A stretch of 64,000 nucleotides of DNA from Promethearchaeota archaeon (GTDB taxonomy: Archaea > Asgardarchaeota > Lokiarchaeia > Sigyniarchaeales > SOKP01). A program made the translations under genes and the position numbers. A model generated the notes under the pieces. That model had not been told where the DNA came from, searched no databases, and saw only the letters and a program-made list of their open reading frames with translations. This document shows positions 1 through 10,263 of this stretch, piece after piece (within the stretch, counting starts at the first letter, position 1; every line of letters starts with the position of its first letter). The DNA lies in the NCBI GenBank assembly GCA_016926735.1, contig JAFGOA010000063.1:10226-74225 (forward strand), read 5' to 3'.

Positions 1-276
1 TTCACATAAATTATTTTTTATTAGTTCTTCTCTGTTAACAAAAAAATTAAGATAAGCTCCAATATTTTTCACATTTTCAAAAAATTTATTCAATACTAAT
101 TTTTCTGCAAGATCTGAGGCAATTTTTTTAGGATCTTCTTTAAATTCCTTAGAAAAGCGAAAACACGGAATAGAGTAATCTCCAAACTCTGCATTAGGCG
201 GGTTTTCAATCAAAGACTTATCTATATTAACAAATGGTTTTAATAGGTTTATGATCTCTTCTTTAAACTTAATCAT
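1..276 (-). CDS. argS: Arginyl-tRNA synthetase, N-terminal part (runs off window start)
   Basis: Manual minus-strand translation from ATG at 276: MIKFKEEIINLLKPFVNIDKSLIENPPNAEFGDYSIPCFRFSKEFKEDPKKIASDLAEKI; PP..EFGDY..PCF is typical of the ArgRS N-terminal domain. Not in ORF track. Confidence 0.8.
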   Translation of the reverse strand, partial: MIKFKEEIINLLKPFVNIDKSLIENPPNAEFGDYSIPCFRFSKEFKEDPKKIASDLAEKLVLNKFFENVKNIGAYLNFFVNREELIKNNLCE

Positions 277-621
277 AGTTCAAAAATTGAAAGATAATAA
301 AAATTAAAAATCTTTTTATGAATTTTAGATAATTTTCCTTTTAGTTTTTCTTTTCTGTAATAGAAATCTGTTTTATTTTCATAATGTAATATGTTTGACT
401 ATAAATTATTATAATAATGTTATCATAAAAATCTAATTTCAGATATTTCCTTGGAAAAAATAAAAAATACCAAGGTTTAAAAATTCTTTAACTATGTTTT
501 TGTAAAACAAATTTTTTTATAATTTAGAAGGTTATTAGTTACATTAAAAAATTTTTCAAATTTTAAATTATAAAACAATTAGAAATCAAAAGTTAGTAAA
601 CTTCCGATAAGGTGAATTACT

Positions 622-1158
622 ATTTCAATTTATGATGCAACTTTTAAGCTGGTAGTCTTTGGGGATGCAGGTACTGGAAAAACTACTCTTACTCATAGAT
701 TTTTAACAAATTTATTCAAATCAGATAGTACTATGACTATTGGTGTAGATTTTAATGTAAAAAGTCTTGAAGTAAATGGAAAAAAAGTAAAATTACAAAT
801 TTGGGATTTTGGTGGAGAAGAGAGATTCAGGTTTTTACTACCAACTTATGTTAGGGGTGCTGCTGGAGCTTTATTCATGTATGATATAACAAACTTTTCT
901 TCTTTAGCACATATTGATGATTGGTTGATGGTTGTGAAAAAAGAACTTAAGCCGGATCATGTATTTCCTATTTTAATGGTTGGGGGAAAAGCTGATTTGG
1001 TTGATCAAAGAGAAGTTCCTTCTGATGAAGGTATAAATATTGCAAAATCCAGAGGTTTAAGTGGATATATTGAATGTAGTTCAAAGACAGGAAAAAATGT
1101 TGAAAAAACATTTGAAGGTATCACCCAGCTTATGATAAAAAATTCTCGTTTAGAATAA
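622..1158 (+). CDS. Rab-like small GTPase (Asgard ESP); true start upstream of ORF-track ATG, probably ATT
   Basis: Frame is open from 616: ITISIYDATFKLVVFGDAGTGKTTL (P-loop), then TIGVDF, LQIWDFGGEERFR, GKAD (G4), ECSSK (G5). AAGGTGA SD-like motif at 609-615. Confidence 0.9.
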   Translation: MSIYDATFKLVVFGDAGTGKTTLTHRFLTNLFKSDSTMTIGVDFNVKSLEVNGKKVKLQIWDFGGEERFRFLLPTYVRGAAGALFMYDITNFSSLAHIDDWLMVVKKELKPDHVFPILMVGGKADLVDQREVPSDEGINIAKSRGLSGYIECSSKTGKNVEKTFEGITQLMIKNSRLE

Positions 1159-1203
1159 AAAATAGAAAATCTACAAAAAAAACAGTTGTTAAAAAAAGAG
1201 AAT

Positions 1204-3006
1204 TTATATCTTATCTTGTTCTTGTGGTTCTCCATATTTTTCACGATAAATAGGATCATTAATTTGAAGAATCCTCCGTTGTACCTTTCCAATTAAGTTT
1301 TTTGGAATATCATCAATAATATCAATATAGTAAGGTCTTTTGAAATGAGTTATATTTTCATTAATCCAATCTTTAATCTCATCTAATGTGATTTTGGATC
1401 TTGGAATTAATTTAATCCATGCTTTAATTACTTCTCCAAAACTTTCATGCGGTATCCCTGTTATTGCTACTTCTGAAATTTCTGGGTGCGCCATTATCAA
1501 TTCCTCTACTTCTTTTGGAAATACAGAATATCCTTTTACTTTTATGAGTTCTTTTTTTCGGTCTTTTAAAACAACGGTTCCATCTTTATTCATAAACCCA
1601 ATATCTCCTGTTAACAACCATAATTTCCCCTTATATTCCCGAAAAACTGAACTTGTTTCTTCTGGTTGATTTAAGTATTCTAACATCACCTGTGGTCCAT
1701 GGATACATAGTTCACCAATATGTTCTTCCCCATAATTTGTATCTTCTGGATCTCCCAAACAAATTGGTCCTTTGTTAAAGTCATCTATTGGCCAAATCCC
1801 CCATTCCATACCTGGATAAGGTAATCCAATTACTCCAACTGGACTTTCTCCAAATAAATTTCCCGCACAAACAACAGGACTCGCTTCTGTTAATCCATAT
1901 CCTTCGACGAGATTTCCATTTGTATTTCTTACAAATGCATCACGAACACTTTCATGTAATGGTCCTGCTCCAGAAATACATAATATTAATTTTCCCATTA
2001 TTCCCGGATATTTATGCATTTTCTTAAATTCTGCCAATCTCTTAAATAATAATTCTGCTCCTACATAAGCAAATCCTCGATTTGTTGCCAATTTCTCAAT
2101 ACTTTCCACAATCTCCTCAGTTGGAGGTGGTTTTGGGAAGATTAACATCCATCCACCAAAAACAATAGTTGCATTCATTACTACTGTATGAGCAAAACTG
2201 TGAAAAAAGGGCATTACTCCAATATTTCCTAATTCGGGTTCTTCTCCTCCTAACCAAAGTTTACTCTGATAGGCATTCGCATATGTATTAAAGTGTGTTA
2301 AAATTGCTGCTTTAGGTAAACCTGTTGTACCTCCTGTCATAATATACGTTGCAGGATCTAATTTTACATCTAGATCTACTTTTGGTACATTTGGTTCTAT
2401 TTGCATAAGGTCAATAAATTTAAAAGCACCAGGAAAATCAACTTTTCCAGTTGGAATTTTCTTAAATATTTTTCCTAAAATTCTTTTAATACCTAAACCA
2501 TGTGCTAAGTCCGCTATATTAGTATAAATTACTTTTTCTACACTAGATTTATTGATAATAGGTTTTATATTATCTTTATATAAATAATCCAAAGCAATTA
2601 GCACTTTAGGTTTAATTGCTTGTAATTGATGTAATATTTCTATTGGTTTATATGTAGGATTAATTCCTGAAACTATTGCACCAATTCTAATTACAGCATA
2701 ATATGAAACAACATATTGTATACTATTAGGTAAATGTAATGCTACAACATCTCCTTTTCTAACACCCAATTTATATAGAGCTGTAGCAAATTTCAGTACA
2801 TATTCATGAAATTCTGAATAGGATACCCATGTATCCAAAAACCACATTAAATGTTTATCTTGATATATCTTTACTTTTTCATCAAGTATGTCATTTAATG
2901 ACTTTTCTTCAAATTGAACGGTTTTTGGGACATTTTCAGGCCACCATTTTTGGAACCATACTTTTTTTTCGTCAATCTGATATGTATCATCTTTATTTAC
3001 AGGCAA
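1204..3006 (-). CDS. Long-chain fatty acid-CoA ligase (AMP-binding family)
   Basis: TGGTTGLPK, EGYGLTE, TGDIG, DRKKELI and GKVQRR adenylation motifs. Confidence 0.9.
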   Translation of the reverse strand: MPVNKDDTYQIDEKKVWFQKWWPENVPKTVQFEEKSLNDILDEKVKIYQDKHLMWFLDTWVSYSEFHEYVLKFATALYKLGVRKGDVVALHLPNSIQYVVSYYAVIRIGAIVSGINPTYKPIEILHQLQAIKPKVLIALDYLYKDNIKPIINKSSVEKVIYTNIADLAHGLGIKRILGKIFKKIPTGKVDFPGAFKFIDLMQIEPNVPKVDLDVKLDPATYIMTGGTTGLPKAAILTHFNTYANAYQSKLWLGGEEPELGNIGVMPFFHSFAHTVVMNATIVFGGWMLIFPKPPPTEEIVESIEKLATNRGFAYVGAELLFKRLAEFKKMHKYPGIMGKLILCISGAGPLHESVRDAFVRNTNGNLVEGYGLTEASPVVCAGNLFGESPVGVIGLPYPGMEWGIWPIDDFNKGPICLGDPEDTNYGEEHIGELCIHGPQVMLEYLNQPEETSSVFREYKGKLWLLTGDIGFMNKDGTVVLKDRKKELIKVKGYSVFPKEVEELIMAHPEISEVAITGIPHESFGEVIKAWIKLIPRSKITLDEIKDWINENITHFKRPYYIDIIDDIPKNLIGKVQRRILQINDPIYREKYGEPQEQDKI

Positions 3007-3230
3007 AATATATTCACTCCCAACTTATATTGATTTTTTTTATTCGATTACCCTGCTTAAAAGAATAAAATTGAAATTAAAATACTAATAAAATTAGAAA
3101 TTTTAAATATTTCTAATTGCAGCAGTACAAAGTATAATTATATATTATATTTTCTAGCATTGTAAAATTTGAAAAAAAACCCCGATTAATAATATAATAA
3201 AAGAAAAAGAAAAAAATTAAAGGAAAACTT

Positions 3231-4244
3231 TTAAAATTCTGTCTCATCCATCCAAATAAATGTTACCAGAAAAACAATAATAAATACTCCAGCTAATACT
3301 ATCATACTTATTATACTGATAATCTCAGCACTCGAACTTTGAAATATTAAGACATTTGATCCCATAAATAATGCTGCTAAAATATATCCTAAGATATGGC
3401 TTTTATAACTTCCTGATTTCTGTCTTTCTGCAAAATGATTTACTATAGAAACAAAGATTATTAATATAAATCCTGCTGTATAGAATACTTCTATAATTTT
3501 AAATTCTCCATAAGCTAAAATTAAAAGAAAAATAAATAATCCAAGTTCTACAATATTCACATACCACATTTTTTTCTTCTGAGTTTTTTCTACAAATATT
3601 GATTCATATTCACTCACTCCCTTATTCGCTAACAAAACAAACAAAGATCCTACTGCTAGTGCAGTACAAAGACAATAACTTATATTATAAATATGATATG
3701 TCAAATCTTGCCAAATTGATAGCGAAAATAAGAAAGAAATACGCAAATATTCACCTACTATCGAAATCGTACAAAAAATAGGTAAAAGTGCTGCAATGAC
3801 CATAAGAATTTTTGTATAGAAAGGAGTTTTGGATTCATCCCAATTATCTTTTTTTCTAGTAGTCACATGCCAAGCTACTGACATAAAACTTAAAATCGAA
3901 ACAAAAGGAGTTATTATTGGTAAAATAAAAATAAAGATTACTACTATTGCAATAGCACCATAAAATAATTTCAGTCTTAAAGGAACTATTGCAATTGTGC
4001 TATCCATATTATCAAAACTCATCGCAAGTCTATTTAAAAAAATTGCTATGAAAAAAAACCATGATAAACTAAAGACTAAAGGACATAATACTTTTGTCAT
4101 CCAAAAAACAAGATTTACATCAGTCGAATACCATAAACTAAAATCTGCAAACATAAAGATTAAAAATGAAGATAAAGGAATTATGATAAGTGTAACTAAA
4201 ACAATTAATCTACTAACTATTATACCTCCAACTTTACGGGACAT
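3231..4244 (-). CDS. Multi-pass membrane protein, unknown function
   Basis: 337-aa ORF with roughly 10 hydrophobic segments. Confidence 0.7.
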   Translation of the reverse strand: MSRKVGGIIVSRLIVLVTLIIIPLSSFLIFMFADFSLWYSTDVNLVFWMTKVLCPLVFSLSWFFFIAIFLNRLAMSFDNMDSTIAIVPLRLKLFYGAIAIVVIFIFILPIITPFVSILSFMSVAWHVTTRKKDNWDESKTPFYTKILMVIAALLPIFCTISIVGEYLRISFLFSLSIWQDLTYHIYNISYCLCTALAVGSLFVLLANKGVSEYESIFVEKTQKKKMWYVNIVELGLFIFLLILAYGEFKIIEVFYTAGFILIIFVSIVNHFAERQKSGSYKSHILGYILAALFMGSNVLIFQSSSAEIISIISMIVLAGVFIIVFLVTFIWMDETEF

Positions 4245-4441
4245 TAATTTATCAATTCTTATTATTATCTATTAAATAATATTATAATTAATTTCTTTCT
4301 ATTAAATTTTTATAATACCCTAACTCAAATGAAGAATTTTATAACTTAAAAATAAATCAATCTATTTTATTTTTAATGTAAATAATTGAAGTAAAAATAA
4401 AATAAAAATTAGAACCTTATAATAAAATAGAGATTAAAAAA

Positions 4442-5134
4442 TCATTTTATATTTTGAATTTTACCACGTTTCATAGTTATTATTTTGTTTGCATAACTAT
4501 TTAATTTATCTCGATGAGTGACTACGACTACAGTTGTATCCGAATCCTTATTAATTTCTTTTAATAGATCCATAATTTCTTTTTCTGACTCGGGGTCTAG
4601 ATTTCCCGTGGGTTCATCTGCTAATATTACTCTTGGTCTATGAATGATTGCTCTTGCCAATCCACATTTTTGTTTTTCTCCACCACTTAATTGAACTGGA
4701 AAATGATCTTTTCTTTCAATTAAATTAACGTCTCTAAGTGCTGTTATTGCTCTTCTTTCGATCTCAGAAGTTCTTAAGACTGTTGGCCATAATACACTTT
4801 CCACATTTTCCATTGCTGTTAAAGTATTGATTAAATTGAAATCTTGAAAAACAAATCCAATTTTCATTCTTCTTATACGAGAGAGTCTATCTTCTTTTGC
4901 TCGAGCTATGTTTTCTCCATCAAAGATAATTTTTCCGGAATCAGGAATATCTAAACCTGATAGAACATTTAATAATGTAGACTTACCACATCCAGTTGGC
5001 CCTTGGATTATTACAAATTCACCAGATTTAATTGTTAAATTTACATCATTCAAAGCATGTATGATTGCACCAGCGCGTCGATATTCCTTATTTACATTCA
5101 TCGCTTCAATCATAGTATCTTTAGATATTGGCAT
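4442..5134 (-). CDS. ABC transporter ATP-binding protein (LolD/MacB/FtsE-like)
   Basis: GPTGCGKST, LSGGEKQ, ILADEPTGNLD, VVTH. Confidence 0.92.
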   Translation of the reverse strand: MPISKDTMIEAMNVNKEYRRAGAIIHALNDVNLTIKSGEFVIIQGPTGCGKSTLLNVLSGLDIPDSGKIIFDGENIARAKEDRLSRIRRMKIGFVFQDFNLINTLTAMENVESVLWPTVLRTSEIERRAITALRDVNLIERKDHFPVQLSGGEKQKCGLARAIIHRPRVILADEPTGNLDPESEKEIMDLLKEINKDSDTTVVVVTHRDKLNSYANKIITMKRGKIQNIK

Positions 5135-5139
5135 TTTTT

Positions 5140-5685
5140 TTACTCACCTACTCTTTTTAATGCTATTAATGGTCTTACTTTTAATACTTTACTATAAATT
5201 ATAATAATTGAAAAGAGTTGTACACCTATAAATAAAAAGCTGGTCACAAGTATAGGTACCAATTCAATCAATATTGAAGGAAGATCAAATTCTATATCTG
5301 CACTTGCGAGATACGCAAGAATTGCTGTGTAATGAAATACAACTTCAATTACAATAATTAAACCCATAAGCGTAGTAAAAATTATAATTCCTGAAATAAT
5401 AGATATTATATTTTTATTGGTATATCCTATGCATTTAAGTGTCGCCCAATCTCGTCGTTTACGGGAAACTAAAATAAAAGCATAAAGTAAAGACATGGCT
5501 AAGCTGACAATTAAAAAAATTAAAATTAGATATCCTGCTGAACCAGTAAACCCATTTTCATATGTGTTATTCCAAAATAGACTTGTTAAAAAAATCAATA
5601 ATGTATAAATCAAGGTAAATATTATAAAGGTTCTTTTTTCCCTTAGTGTTAAAAGGACTCCTTTTCTCCATATACGCAATCCCAA
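5140..5685 (-). CDS. FtsX-like ABC permease (short)
   Basis: Four TM segments, RKRRDWATLKCIG (FtsX-type R..E.A.LK.IG), C-terminal PLIALK; adjacent to the ATPase. Confidence 0.75.
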   Translation of the reverse strand: MGLRIWRKGVLLTLREKRTFIIFTLIYTLLIFLTSLFWNNTYENGFTGSAGYLILIFLIVSLAMSLLYAFILVSRKRRDWATLKCIGYTNKNIISIISGIIIFTTLMGLIIVIEVVFHYTAILAYLASADIEFDLPSILIELVPILVTSFLFIGVQLFSIIIIYSKVLKVRPLIALKRVGE

Positions 5686-5788
5686 ACTATGTCAACCTTT
5701 TTTTTTATATAAATATATAAGCTATTAATTTAAATTATAGTACTATATTAGTTATATAAATAAAACACGCATATAATATTTAGGAAAA

Positions 5789-6190
5789 ATGTCAAATTTA
5801 GAATCTATTATTGATAATCTTTTGGATAAAGAGCAAAACGTACATGGTGTAGCTATTATTGGAAAAGATGGACAATTAATAACCCAAACAGAAAATTGGA
5901 ATATTGCAAATGATTTATCTCTAATCAATAAATTACTCCAAACACATTTAAAATTAGGAGAAAAGGGGATCTCAAGCATTGAAATCCAAGGAATTAAATA
6001 TATGATTGTTGAAAATACTGAAGAAAGAAAGATTGGAACTAATATAACAGGGAAAGGTCATTTGATAATTTGTCCTGTTCCTATTGGAGGTACTGGTGCA
6101 CTTGTTTGTTATATTAATCCACAAATTAGTCCTCGAGATGCATTATTCACAGTTCAAGAATTTGCAAAAGAATTAGATAATATTATCTGA
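5789..6190 (+). CDS. Profilin (Asgard/Loki type)
   Basis: 133 aa; GVAIIGKDG..ITQTENW, GIKYMIVENTEERKIGTNITGKGHL match characterised Lokiarchaeal profilins. Confidence 0.85.
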   Translation: MSNLESIIDNLLDKEQNVHGVAIIGKDGQLITQTENWNIANDLSLINKLLQTHLKLGEKGISSIEIQGIKYMIVENTEERKIGTNITGKGHLIICPVPIGGTGALVCYINPQISPRDALFTVQEFAKELDNII

Positions 6191-6242
6191 ATTAATATTT
6201 TTTTCTTTTCTTTATTTTGAATAATAAAATAAATAGTTGATA

Positions 6243-8609
6243 TTATTCTCCCATTTTAACAACGATTTCATGACTTTTGTTATCATTAAAAATTGGAATT
6301 AAATTTCCATTAATATTTTTATTATCTACGATGATCTCTTGAATTCCTTTTGAGATATGATCTGGATTTTGAACAATAATTTTATATATTGAATTTCTAT
6401 AATTTCGAATCACATTAAATCCATTCCATGATTCGGGGATGCATGGATCAATCAGTAGACCTTTAAATTCAGGTCTTATACCAAGTATCCAATCTGTTGC
6501 TGCTTTTAATGTCCAAGCAGCTGTTCCTGTAAGCCATGAATTTCTTGCGTTTCCAAATTTAGGATGATCATTACCAGTAATCATTTGAGCAAAAACATAA
6601 GGTTCTGCCCTATGAATATCTGCGATATTATTTTTTGTTGTTGGTGCAATTTTTTCATAATATTCATAAGCATAATTACCTCTACCTATAATACATTCTG
6701 CTATTTCAGCCCAAGGATTAGTATGACTAAAAATACTTCCATTTTCTTTAAGACCCGGTGTAAAAGAAGATATTCCTCCAAATTTAGGATAAAAACGTGA
6801 ATAAGGGGGATTCAATAATTTTATTCCATAGTCTGTAACTAAATATTTTCTCACAGAATTCATACATTTTAAAGCTCTCTCTTTAGGTGCAATACCACTA
6901 AAAACAGCCCAAGATTGTGTATTGAGGAAAATTCTTCCTTCCTTATTTTTATGACTTCCTATTACTGTTCCATCATCATCAAAAGCACGTATATACCATT
7001 CTCCATCCCATGCTTTTTTATTGAGAAGATCTTTCATTTCATCCGCAAGTTTTTTAAATTCTAAACAATCATCATTAATACCTGATTGCTGTGCAATATC
7101 ATACAAATCTAATAAAGCTTTATGGTATTGCATTGCAACCATTATACTTTCACCCTGTTTATGAGGTCCACGCAATTGTAGAGTATCGTTCCAGTCCGCT
7201 GTACCAATCAATGGGAATCCATGGGGGCCTGTATGATTTTTAGTGAATTCTATAGCTCTTTTAAGATGATCATACATATTTTCTATAGTTCCTTCAACAT
7301 AGGGTACATTTTCTTTCAAAATAGAATAGTCTCCTGTTTCTTTTATATAATTACTTAAGGCGAATATCATCCATAAATGATCATCACCAAAAAAAACTTG
7401 TTGCTGGTTTGTATAGTTAGGAAAATCTCCTTTTTTTGTTATTGGATAATATAAATGATATACCTTTCCGCTTTCAAATTGAATTCCTGCTGTTATTAAT
7501 AGTTTCTGACGGACTTTTTTTGGAAGTCTATCACAAACCCCCAAAGTATCTTGATTAAAATCACGAAATCCTATACCTCTCCCGATACCGGTTTCATAAA
7601 ATGAAACATAACGAGACCAATCAAAAGTTGTTTTACATTGATATGGATTCCAGATATTTACAATTAAGTTAAAATTTTTATCTGGTGTATTTGCTTCAAA
7701 TCCTTTTAGGTAATTATTCCAATTATTTTTTAATTCTTTAAAAGAGGATTCAATCTTATCAATATTATCATATTTACTTATAAATTCCTTTATCTTTGTT
7801 TTATTTTGAGAAAGTCCTAAAAGAAAAATCACCTTTTTAGTTTCATTTGGTTTTAAAGTTATTTTACTTGATGTTGCGGCTATAGGATTTCCACCTAAAG
7901 CTATAGAATTAGAACAAGCACCTTTTTCGACTCCAATAGGATTTTCTTCTGAACGATAATTTCCAATAAAGCTTTCTCTATCTCCATCATAAGTTTCTAT
8001 ATTATTGCTAGAATAAAAGAAAAATAATCCATTCAATAAGCTAAAAAGGTTATAAACCATTGAATTAATTTCCTCATCATATTTTGAGACAGCAATATTT
8101 AGATTGTATTGTAAATCTTTTTGATCGCTATCAGCATCCCAAATACAAAATTCAGCATATGAGAATAGATCTAAATTTTTTAATTTAGAAGTTTCATTTT
8201 TAACGGTTAATATCCATAACTCTAAATCATCATTTGGAGGTACAAAATACAACACTTCACTATTGATTCCTTGATAAGAGGAACTGATTTTTGTATATCC
8301 AAGTCCATGAGCGCACTTATAATCATCGAGTTTTTTCATCGTTGGTTGCCAAGTAGGAGACCAATATTCGGATGTCTCTCTATCTCTTAAATATAAATAT
8401 CTACCTGGGCGGTCTACTGGAATATTGTTATATCTATATCGAAGAATCCTATTTTCTTTTGGATCAATATAAAAACTATAACCCCCTCCTGTATTAGAGA
8501 CCATAGCACAATATTTTCCATTGTTAAGATAATTAATCCATGGTGTAGGTGTGTCTGGTCTAGTAATAATATATTCTCTATTATCTTCAGAAAAATAACC
8601 ATAATTCAT
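6243..8609 (-). CDS. GH94 glycoside phosphorylase (cellobiose/chitobiose phosphorylase family)
   Basis: YGYF..REYIITRPDTPTPWINY, GIGRGIGFRD, ADWND, ENGSIFSH, SWLTGTAAW. Confidence 0.9.
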   Translation of the reverse strand: MNYGYFSEDNREYIITRPDTPTPWINYLNNGKYCAMVSNTGGGYSFYIDPKENRILRYRYNNIPVDRPGRYLYLRDRETSEYWSPTWQPTMKKLDDYKCAHGLGYTKISSSYQGINSEVLYFVPPNDDLELWILTVKNETSKLKNLDLFSYAEFCIWDADSDQKDLQYNLNIAVSKYDEEINSMVYNLFSLLNGLFFFYSSNNIETYDGDRESFIGNYRSEENPIGVEKGACSNSIALGGNPIAATSSKITLKPNETKKVIFLLGLSQNKTKIKEFISKYDNIDKIESSFKELKNNWNNYLKGFEANTPDKNFNLIVNIWNPYQCKTTFDWSRYVSFYETGIGRGIGFRDFNQDTLGVCDRLPKKVRQKLLITAGIQFESGKVYHLYYPITKKGDFPNYTNQQQVFFGDDHLWMIFALSNYIKETGDYSILKENVPYVEGTIENMYDHLKRAIEFTKNHTGPHGFPLIGTADWNDTLQLRGPHKQGESIMVAMQYHKALLDLYDIAQQSGINDDCLEFKKLADEMKDLLNKKAWDGEWYIRAFDDDGTVIGSHKNKEGRIFLNTQSWAVFSGIAPKERALKCMNSVRKYLVTDYGIKLLNPPYSRFYPKFGGISSFTPGLKENGSIFSHTNPWAEIAECIIGRGNYAYEYYEKIAPTTKNNIADIHRAEPYVFAQMITGNDHPKFGNARNSWLTGTAAWTLKAATDWILGIRPEFKGLLIDPCIPESWNGFNVIRNYRNSIYKIIVQNPDHISKGIQEIIVDNKNINGNLIPIFNDNKSHEIVVKMGE

Positions 8610-8742
8610 AAAAAAATCTCAAATTTAAGAAAAATTTGTATAATTATAACAATAAAGTAATATAAATTAAATTTTTTAAAATAAAGAATTAAAGCTAGAT
8701 CTTATATTTTTTATATTACTTAATTAGAATAAAAAAAAAAAC

Positions 8743-10230
8743 ATGACTATCCACGAGACTAATATTCTTTTAGAACCTCCTAACGAATATTTTATTCCAG
8801 AAATCTCTGCCAAATTTAAAAATGAAAATTTTATCTCATTAAAATATGCTGAGGGGATTTTTTCAAGATATATGAATTTATGGAATAATATGCTTATATG
8901 GGGAGATAATAAGGATATTATGAATACTTTACTAAAAGACTATAAAGACAAAATAGACCTTATTTATATTGATCCTCCTTTTTTTACAGGTAGTGAATAT
9001 AATAAGCGGATTTTTCTAAATAAGCAATATATTAAAAAAATTTCATATAATGACAAATGGAATAATAATTTAAATTTATATTTAAATTTCCTTCAAGAAA
9101 GATTAAATATCATGAAAGATCTTTTATCAAAACAAGGATCGATCTATGTTCACCTCGATTGGCATGTCAACCATCATATTAAACTTCTTATGGATAGAAT
9201 ATTTGGTACTGTAAATTTTAGAAATGAAATTATTTGGTTTTATCCTGCAGCATCCTCTCAAACAAAAAGATATTATGTTCGATCATATGATTCTATTTTT
9301 TTTTACACAAAAACAAATGAATATATTTTTAATGATACCCCAGAGATTTACATGGATTATTCTAATCGGGTAAAGGATGCATTAAAAAAAGATCAAAATG
9401 GGATTTATTATCACAGAGGAGGAAGTCATGATGGTAAAAAATTAAAAAAAAAAATCTATTTAAATAAAAGAGGGATATTTCCAAGAGATGTTTGGATAGA
9501 TATTCCATACGTTAGAGCGAATACTCCTGAATATCAAGGTTTCTTTACACAAAAACCAGAAAGACTACTTAAGAGAATAATTTTAGCTTCTAGTAATAAA
9601 GATAGCATTGTTGCAGATTTTTTTTGTGGATCGGGAACAACTATTGCTGTAGCAGAAAAATTAGGACGAAAATGGATTGGATGTGATAAAAATAAAGAAT
9701 CAATAATTACAACTTGGAAGAGATTACTTGAATTAAATAACTCTAATGATTTGTTAAATTGGAATGATAAATATAAAATATCCCTTAATCCATTTAAGTT
9801 ATTTAATATGAATAAAAAAAAAAAAGAAGTTAAAATTCCTAAAAAAATATTCAAAATTAATAATAAGAAGCACTTAGACTCTCTTTCGAAATCTGAGTCT
9901 AATATTGAATTAGATATTAAGAGAAATAAAAATAAAATAAAGCTAGAATTTGTTAATTTCAATGTCCCTTATTTTGATTTGCTTAATGATGATGTAAAAT
10001 TATCTATAAAAGATTGGTATGAATTGATTGATTCCATTTCCATCGATTTTAATTATAGAAATGAAATTTTTAAACCAACTTGGATTTCATATAAAACCCC
10101 AAAAAAAAGGAAATTATCTCTTGAAACTGGAGAATTTGAATATGAAGAACATAATTCTTATACTCTTAAAATAAAAGTAATTGATTTTCTTGGATTTGAA
10201 ACAATGAAAAATATCACTATTAATACTTAA
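8743..10230 (+). CDS. DNA methyltransferase, N6/N4 beta class (Mod-like)
   Basis: LIYIDPPF precedes TQKPERLLKRII and VADFFCGSGTT; no adjacent Res gene. Confidence 0.88.
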   Translation: MTIHETNILLEPPNEYFIPEISAKFKNENFISLKYAEGIFSRYMNLWNNMLIWGDNKDIMNTLLKDYKDKIDLIYIDPPFFTGSEYNKRIFLNKQYIKKISYNDKWNNNLNLYLNFLQERLNIMKDLLSKQGSIYVHLDWHVNHHIKLLMDRIFGTVNFRNEIIWFYPAASSQTKRYYVRSYDSIFFYTKTNEYIFNDTPEIYMDYSNRVKDALKKDQNGIYYHRGGSHDGKKLKKKIYLNKRGIFPRDVWIDIPYVRANTPEYQGFFTQKPERLLKRIILASSNKDSIVADFFCGSGTTIAVAEKLGRKWIGCDKNKESIITTWKRLLELNNSNDLLNWNDKYKISLNPFKLFNMNKKKKEVKIPKKIFKINNKKHLDSLSKSESNIELDIKRNKNKIKLEFVNFNVPYFDLLNDDVKLSIKDWYELIDSISIDFNYRNEIFKPTWISYKTPKKRKLSLETGEFEYEEHNSYTLKIKVIDFLGFETMKNITINT

Positions 10231-10263
10231 ACAGTTTATTTACACTTTAAAAGTAATACAAAT

